Shown in pieces: positions 26,789 to 32,000 of a stretch of DNA of 32,000 nt (position 1 is its first letter; each line of letters opens with the position of its first letter). A program made the position numbers and the translations under genes. The notes beneath the pieces are model-generated. The model did not search any database, was not told where the DNA came from, and worked only from the letters and a program-made list of their open reading frames with translations. Source of the DNA: Aeropyrum pernix K1 (lineage in GTDB: Archaea > Thermoproteota > Thermoprotei_A > Sulfolobales > Acidilobaceae). The stretch covers positions 120,001 through 152,000 of the forward strand of contig NC_000854.2 of the NCBI RefSeq assembly GCF_000011125.1, read 5' to 3'.

Positions 26789-27379
26789 ATGAGCGGTGAG
26801 AACGGGAAGGGTTGCAGGCCCTCAAGGGACTTTCTAAGGTATATAGCTAACAGGGTTATAGCAAGGTACGCTGCGAAGCTCCCGGCGAGCGTGGTAGAGG
26901 ATATTAGAGATATGCTGGGGCGTGGGGAGGATAAGTACAGGTTCTCCATATACGGGGGGGACCCCAGGAACATCGTAAAATATTTTGATAGCGAGGAGTG
27001 GCGCGACCTGGTTGAGTATGCGGCGAACACTGGGGCTCTAAGCATGCTTGTGGAAATACTCGACGCCCTTGCAGCCGAGTACAGGAGGGAGTGTCCCGAA
27101 GTTGCTGAGGCTGCGGAGAGAGAAGTAGAGAGGCTCAAGGCGGGGGAGGAGAAGCTTGGGAGGAGGGAGGAGCTGAGCCTCGAGAGGATCTACAGGATGC
27201 TGAGTCTCGCAGGCTATAGAGTCGAGTCCAAGGACGGGTCGCTGGAGGTGGATGAGGGTCTCATAAAGCTGATTATTAAGCTCGAAGGACAGACGCTGGA
27301 ATACACCATATGCAAGAGTGGGAGGTCTAAGACGCTTGAGGGGGTGCTCTCGAAGCTGAGTAAGATAAGAGAGCTCTAG
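26789..27379 (+). CDS. Hypothetical protein, 196 aa, mostly helical
   Basis: Intact ORF with charged amphipathic composition; no recognised motif. Confidence 0.65.
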   Translation: MSGENGKGCRPSRDFLRYIANRVIARYAAKLPASVVEDIRDMLGRGEDKYRFSIYGGDPRNIVKYFDSEEWRDLVEYAANTGALSMLVEILDALAAEYRRECPEVAEAAEREVERLKAGEEKLGRREELSLERIYRMLSLAGYRVESKDGSLEVDEGLIKLIIKLEGQTLEYTICKSGRSKTLEGVLSKLSKIREL

Positions 27380-28433
27380 CAACCCCAAAAGCCACCGAAG
27401 GGTGGGTGAGAAGCCTAATCAGGTAAGTCGAGGTAACCTGGGCCCTAACAAACCTCTCCCAGAAGCTGGGAGGGAGACTCTTTAGGAGCCGTGAAGCCTC
27501 CCTAATACTGCTGCCCCTCACGATGGATAGAAGAATCTTGGACACTCTGACCTCGTCAGCCAATCCAGCACTGTATAGCCTATAGTAGGCGAGTATTTTA
27601 GACTCGTCCTCCAGGCCTGCGGAGGCTATAGCCCGTGCAAGGTGGAGGGCCGACAGCATGCCAGGCCTGTTACCCTCGCCCCCCGTTCTCAGGAGGAACC
27701 CTCCAGCCTCGCCAACCTTAAACACACCCTCGTGGTAGAGCCTGAGAGGGGCGAACAGCTGCATGGGCGCCCCCCTCCTGTCCACGGGCTCAAGTGTTGA
27801 TCCTAGGAGTGTTTTATGGAGCCGTGCAATCCTCATCTCCACCTCTCTACCACTCCATACACCCTCAAACCCGGCCCCTATGTTGACCAGCCTCCCTTCA
27901 CCGTCGGCTGGGAACACCCAGTACACTCCCCTATCCCTTACGTTGAAGTCGAGATAAACGGTGTCGGGCTCCCACTCCGCCTTTGAATATACTCTGTATA
28001 GGAAGACTGCATCCTTAACAGTATCAGCTAGAGGACCTCTAGCGTCAACAGACAGCCTCCCCCCTACAGGCCCCGGCCAGGATCCGGCCTTCAGTTCGGC
28101 GCCCTCAGCCTCGGCCATCTCCCTGAGTCTAGACACAAGGAGAGCCTTATCCACTATGGCCCAGGGTGGAGGTTTTAAGCTGAGATCCTGCACCACCTCG
28201 CCGTTAACCGCTATAATATAGCGAGTGACAAGCGTCACCACAGAGCGTGTAGCCCTAGCAATTTCTTCCGTGAAAGGCTTCAATGTTAACGCGTCGCCGC
28301 AGGCTTTCCTGTAACCCCGAGCTACGTCAAACGCCTCAACCCTAAATCCCTCACGAGCCAGCAAGTAGGCGAGTGTGGCTCCAGAGACCCCTAAACCCCC
28401 TATTGATACGGCGGTCAAACCCTCTATACCCAA
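27327..28433 (-). CDS. FAD-dependent oxidoreductase, geranylgeranyl reductase family
   Basis: SIGGLGVSGATLAYLLAREGFRVEAFDVARGYRKACGDAL, NFDVRDRGVYWVFPADGEGRLVNIGAGFEG, GEAGGFLLRTGGEGNRPGMLSALHLARAI. Confidence 0.85.
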   Translation of the reverse strand: MGIEGLTAVSIGGLGVSGATLAYLLAREGFRVEAFDVARGYRKACGDALTLKPFTEEIARATRSVVTLVTRYIIAVNGEVVQDLSLKPPPWAIVDKALLVSRLREMAEAEGAELKAGSWPGPVGGRLSVDARGPLADTVKDAVFLYRVYSKAEWEPDTVYLDFNVRDRGVYWVFPADGEGRLVNIGAGFEGVWSGREVEMRIARLHKTLLGSTLEPVDRRGAPMQLFAPLRLYHEGVFKVGEAGGFLLRTGGEGNRPGMLSALHLARAIASAGLEDESKILAYYRLYSAGLADEVRVSKILLSIVRGSSIREASRLLKSLPPSFWERFVRAQVTSTYLIRLLTHPSVAFGVARALLSYSASRAPPQAS

Positions 28434-28525
28434 TGAGGCTTAAAGACCCCCGACACAGATATATTAAGCGTAAAAAGGGTTTGGAAGGCCGTAGAGCCTT
28501 AGAACGCTCTTCCGGTGCTGAAACC

Positions 28526-28954
28526 ATGGTCAGAGTTAAGCTGGAGAGATCAGTCAGTAGTAGCGGCAGGCACGAGGAACTAAAAATAGCCTATGTTGTC
28601 AGCCGCTCCGGAGTCAGGCCTCTGAGAATAGGCCCCGGTGCAAAGCCCACGAAACCTACGTACGCTAGGGGTTCGGCCTATGAGATGGAGGTGAGCCTTT
28701 CCGAGGGCGAGTACCTCGTTGCTATACGGCTCAACAGAAACTTCCTTGGCATGCTTAAAGGAGAGATTAGGGTTATAGATTGGCGAGGTCGCGAGGTCCT
28801 CAGGCTAGTACTCAGAAAGAGGAAGCTAAGGCTATCGGAGGGCGATCCTTCCCTCGCCTGGACAGCATGGGCTGCTCTGAAAGCGGCAGGGCTCGACAAG
28901 CTCGTGAGAAAATCTCAAGTTAATAACCTAACGGATATAGAAGCTTCCTCATAG
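28526..28954 (+). CDS. Hypothetical protein, ~142 aa
   Basis: Within ORF 28373..28954; ATG at 28526 (MVRVKLERSVSSSGRHEELKIAYVV) clears the divergent gene; beta-rich then basic helical tail. No family assigned. Confidence 0.6.
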   Translation: MVRVKLERSVSSSGRHEELKIAYVVSRSGVRPLRIGPGAKPTKPTYARGSAYEMEVSLSEGEYLVAIRLNRNFLGMLKGEIRVIDWRGREVLRLVLRKRKLRLSEGDPSLAWTAWAALKAAGLDKLVRKSQVNNLTDIEASS

Positions 28955-29163
28955 CCTTACAACAGAGGAAACTATCAAGTATCAAACCCCGCCTTCCCAT
29001 CCCTCATAGGCATAGGGAAAGGGTGCTCCCGGCTGTCTCAAGCCTAGTCTAGACTAACACACATACACGATAATCGCGCTTACGTGGTATGGTTAAAATA
29101 GGTTTATGCCTGGGTGGCTAACGTCCACCGTTTTATCGAGTTTATGGGGAGCGAGATGCCCCT

Positions 29164-29967
29164 CTAGTGTAAACCTGCTATCAATATGATCGACTCTGTA
29201 ACATAGGCTAGAGCTATCCCGAGGAACAGTGACGACCAGAAGGATGGGCTCGAGAGACCGCCTAGGCGTGACAGGGCAGAAAGGTTTATGTGCAGCATTG
29301 CGTAGACTATGGATGCTGCTGCTACAGTATAGAGGGTAGCTATAGCTAGGCCAGGGAGGTTCGAGCCTAGATAGTAGACCATAGCTCCTGGAACAACAGG
29401 TAGCCCCGCGAGGAGGGAGAGACCGATGATAGTGCGGAGCCCCGTTCTCTTCTTTTCACCAGCCAGTGGGGCGGCTATGGGGAAGCCTTCGGTGTAGTTG
29501 TGTATAGCAAAGCCAACCGCAAAGAGGATTGCTAGGGATACCTTACCCTCGATTAGCGAGGCAGCTATGGCTAGGCCTTCCCCCAGATTATGCAGTCCGA
29601 GTGCGGAAGCCACAGTCAGAGATACCATAAGCCCGGGTGGAGCCCTCACCAAGGTAGAATAGCCTCTCTCAACGTAGGAGAGGAGAAGCCAGGTTCCTAG
29701 AAGAGCGATGCTGGTTACCATAAGACCTGCCAAGAAGCTGTCCAGCGTTTCTCGAGTCGCAAACTGCTCAACATACGCTGCACTCTCGTGCCCTGTCTCC
29801 AAGGCTAGATAGGCTAGAACTCCTCCTGCCAGCGCGTTCAAAACGCCCTGGCCCCTCCGGCCAAGCCTCCTCCCAACTACTATATACGTGAGGGCTCCGA
29901 ACGTCACGGTTATGCCGGCTACTAAGCCGAGCAGTATTGGTGTAATAGCGGGATTCATTAGATACAC
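29164..29967 (-). CDS. ZIP-family-like metal cation transporter
   Basis: ALGLHNLGEGLAIAASLIEG and GFAIHNYTEGFPIAAPLAG are the paired ZIP TM4/TM5 motifs (HNxxEG). Confidence 0.88.
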   Translation of the reverse strand: MYLMNPAITPILLGLVAGITVTFGALTYIVVGRRLGRRGQGVLNALAGGVLAYLALETGHESAAYVEQFATRETLDSFLAGLMVTSIALLGTWLLLSYVERGYSTLVRAPPGLMVSLTVASALGLHNLGEGLAIAASLIEGKVSLAILFAVGFAIHNYTEGFPIAAPLAGEKKRTGLRTIIGLSLLAGLPVVPGAMVYYLGSNLPGLAIATLYTVAAASIVYAMLHINLSALSRLGGLSSPSFWSSLFLGIALAYVTESIILIAGLH

Positions 29968-30238
29968 CCGGCTAGGTAAAAGTAAACCATCTAGATAAAC
30001 TATTTAACAACGTTAAAATCAATAACCAATCTATAGAAGTTATTCGGGATAGAACGGCATTCAAACAGACCCAGACGAGTTAAGTCTCAATAACCATGGC
30101 GAGACACTGTTATAGCCTGTTCTCCCACTTCTTATCCCATAGTTTTACAAGTCTAACGCTTTTCATGAGAGCACAAGCCGCTTCAAAGCCCCAAACCTCC
30201 GCTGCAGGAAACAGTTCGTTCTAATAGGCTTGGGATGG

Positions 30239-30360
30239 TGGTGGGCCCGCGGGGATTTGAACCCCGGACCACGGGGTCCCGAGTCGGGCGGAGCCTCCCG
30301 CCCTCCAGCGGGACCTTCTGCTCCGTACCCCGCATCCTAGCCAGGCTAGACGACGGGCCC
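30239..30360 (-). tRNA. tRNA-Pro (anticodon CGG) with 44-nt non-canonical 32/33 intron and encoded CCA
   Basis: Minus strand: GGGCCCG/CGGGCCC acceptor, D arm GTCT-AGCCTGGCTA-GGAT, anticodon stem CGGGG/CCCCG, spliced loop TTCGGGA, T arm CGGGG-TTCAAAT-CCCCG, A73, CCA. Bulges GT|A and AC|T flank a 4-bp CGGG/CCCG helix, placing the splice at 32/33. Confidence 0.87.
30283..30326 (-). other. tRNA-Pro intron (non-canonical position 32/33)
   Basis: Intron ACGGAGCAGAAGGTCCCGCTGGAGGGCGGGAGGCTCCGCCCGAC with internal helices CGGAGC/GCTCCG and TCCCGC/GCGGGA. Confidence 0.75.
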
Positions 30361-30412
30361 CCGCTTGCTAGTATCCGGTCCGGCCATAAAGATGGTTAGA
30401 GCGGCTAGAGGC

Positions 30413-31075
30413 TTAAAGGCTTCTCCCCAAACTTTCCCTACGAACCTCTGCTATACACTCTGGGGGTACCCAGTCAACAGTGTAGACTGTCTTCGACATC
30501 CTCTCGACCTTGAGCCCCCTCCTTCTTAGACACTCAACATCTACCAGGAGAACAGCGACTAGATTGCCGTGCCTTCTGCCGGTTGATACAGCATCTTCAA
30601 GAGAGCTTGTGAGGTGGACTTTTAGCCTCCTACCCCTCATTATACCCCTCTCCATAATCAACGGTAGCGCCTCCTCGGTTGTACCGTGATAGAGTATCGG
30701 CGGAGGCTCGCCGGGGAGAGGCTCCACATTAACGGGTATCGAGTGCCCATAGCGCGCCCTAATCTCCCCATTCCTCAGCTCATACCTCCCCTTAGGGTCG
30801 TGGAGGGCCACGCCCACTATGTGCCACTCTTCCACCCAGCTCCATCCAGCCTTTCTCAACCCCTCGACAACCTCGCTAACCCTGGCCCACCCTTCTCGAG
30901 TTAACCTGACACCATACCTCCCAGGATGGTGCCGCAGTATGCCTGCCAGGGTCTTGCTTAGCCTTACGCGCATACCCCCAGGCAACACTGCTCTAGCCTT
31001 ACACCGGCAGTTGCTCCTACCCTCCACTACGGTGCCATCGCAACATAGAGCAAGCTCGGGGAGCTCCTCCGCCAC
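30413..31075 (-). CDS. kptA: RNA 2'-phosphotransferase Tpt1/KptA
   Basis: MRVRLSKTLAGILRHHPGRYGVRLTREGWARVSEVV, GRYELRNGEIRARYGHSIPV, ILYHGTTEEALPLIMERGI, KVHLTSSLEDAVSTGRRHG. ORF runs to 31183, but GTG at 31073-31075 gives a 220-aa protein. Confidence 0.95.
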   Translation of the reverse strand: MAEELPELALCCDGTVVEGRSNCRCKARAVLPGGMRVRLSKTLAGILRHHPGRYGVRLTREGWARVSEVVEGLRKAGWSWVEEWHIVGVALHDPKGRYELRNGEIRARYGHSIPVNVEPLPGEPPPILYHGTTEEALPLIMERGIMRGRRLKVHLTSSLEDAVSTGRRHGNLVAVLLVDVECLRRRGLKVERMSKTVYTVDWVPPECIAEVRRESLGRSL

Positions 31076-31134
31076 TCCTCCCCCCAGTATTTCTAGGCTC
31101 GGCTGGGAGAATAGAGTTGTTGGGGTTGGAATGG

Positions 31135-31524
31135 ATGGGTGGTGAGGGTCCTGGTAGCGACGATATTGTGAAGAAGATGGCACAGCTTATGATGCAGGGG
31201 GCTGTAATGCTGGATAAGACGTGTCCTGCAGACGGTCTCCCCCTCTTCAAGCTCAAAACGGGGGATGTGGTCTGCCCTGTCCACGGGAAGGTTGTGATAG
31301 TGGCCAGTGACGAGGAGGCGAGAGACGTAGAGGTGGAGGAGATAATAAGGGAGGTTAGGTACAGGGCGGCCAGGAACGTTATGAAGGGTCTTGAGGAGGA
31401 CAATGTGGACACGGTCTCAAAATGGCTAGGTGTTTTGGAGACAGCCGAGAGAATTCTTGCTATAAGGCGAGGAAGCCGGCAGGGCCAGGGGAGCGTTAGA
31501 GGAGAGGGGAGAGAGTCGAAATAG
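31135..31524 (+). CDS. UPF0148 / Sjogren-syndrome-scleroderma autoantigen 1 (SSSCA1) family zinc protein
   Basis: KKMAQLMMQGAVMLDKTCPADGLPLFKLKTGDVVCPVHGK; zinc-ribbon-like CPxxG...CPxHG (second cysteine pair partly replaced). Start choice (31117 or 31135) uncertain. Confidence 0.82.
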   Translation: MGGEGPGSDDIVKKMAQLMMQGAVMLDKTCPADGLPLFKLKTGDVVCPVHGKVVIVASDEEARDVEVEEIIREVRYRAARNVMKGLEEDNVDTVSKWLGVLETAERILAIRRGSRQGQGSVRGEGRESK

Positions 31525-31605
31525 GGTGAACCCCTGTTTTAACCCAGACGCGATAAAGTATATTCTCTAGGGCTGGGGAATTCTGCCTACAGCGCGGGTG
31601 TTTAT

Positions 31606-32000
31606 ATGCAGGGATTAACAGACTGCATAGACGCCTTGGACATAGCTAGGGCGGTGAGAGTAGAGGGAGTATCTGCTCGCTTAGCCGGTGAGGGGAGGGG
31701 AGAGGCTAGCGGGGAGAAAAGGCATAAGATAGAGGTTCTGGTGAAAGACCCCTCATCGCCGAGTATAGACGAGATGCCCCTACTTTCTGCCCTTAGGGTT
31801 GCTTTCGCCAAGTCGGGCCAGCTTCTGGTTCTTAGGCCTTACGAGAAAGAGGCGGCCCCGAGGGAGGACGTTTTGGCGGGGTTGCTGAGGAGTCTCGTCG
31901 AGGAGGGTAAGCCTTTCGTAGCTATAGTGCCTAGCCTACTAGCGGTGGGACTGGCCTCCCGCCTCCCGGCGAGAGTTATAGACGCACTGGAGAGTCTTAG
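31606..32000 (+). CDS. Unidentified protein, 5' part, truncated by window end
   Basis: ATG at 31606 opens a frame with no stop to the window end (MQGLTDCIDALDIARAVRVEGVSARLAGEGRGEASGEKRHKIEVLVKDPSSPSIDEMPLLSALRVAFAKSGQLLVLRPYEKEAAPRED...). Absent from the track because it is incomplete. Confidence 0.65.
   Translation, partial: MQGLTDCIDALDIARAVRVEGVSARLAGEGRGEASGEKRHKIEVLVKDPSSPSIDEMPLLSALRVAFAKSGQLLVLRPYEKEAAPREDVLAGLLRSLVEEGKPFVAIVPSLLAVGLASRLPARVIDALESL

Noticed and set aside
30413-31183. Full 256-aa form of Tpt1 from the track
   Set aside because: The first 36 residues are low-quality and overlap the divergent UPF0148-family ORF; the GTG at 31075 gives a standard-sized protein.
1-32000. 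CRISPR array, IS element, prophage, restriction-modification or toxin-antitoxin system
   Set aside because: No regularly spaced direct repeats, transposase/integrase motifs or defence nuclease domains were seen in the sequence or ORF translations; the two small unknown/HTH genes at 5249-6015 are convergent, not an operon as typical of toxin-antitoxin pairs.

Overview
This window is a gene-dense, GC-rich segment of a hyperthermophilic crenarchaeon. Gene content and protein style look like Aeropyrum (A. pernix or a close relative); that is my inference, with no database search. It is almost entirely core chromosome. Identified genes include class I LysRS, a PCNA clamp, an ALDH-superfamily protein, a PduO-type cobalamin adenosyltransferase, an aminotransferase, type II GAPDH-PGK, MoeA-MobB-MobA, ribosomal protein L38e, a beta-CASP RNase, GINS23-MCM-Hel308, a COG1709-type HTH regulator, alpha-NAC, a PMT-like glycosyltransferase, a geranylgeranyl-reductase-like flavoprotein, a ZIP-like transporter and Tpt1/KptA RNA 2'-phosphotransferase. 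Two intron-containing tRNAs, tRNA-Thr(CGT) and tRNA-Pro(CGG), can be folded by hand; the Pro intron is at a non-canonical 32/33 position. I found no CRISPR array, transposon, prophage, toxin-antitoxin or defence island, and no clearly new multi-gene system. The most interesting unexplained items are (1) two mutually exclusive strong hairpins in a divergent intergenic region upstream of an HTH regulator gene (~24060-24094), (2) a large GC-rich compound inverted repeat at 23400-23490, (3) an ALDH-superfamily protein apparently lacking the usual catalytic Glu and Asn motifs, (4) Tpt1 located 52 bp upstream of an intron-bearing tRNA-Pro, and (5) a MobA-like protein with an extra C-terminal region. 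ORF-track start codons are often TTG and probably too far upstream in several cases.
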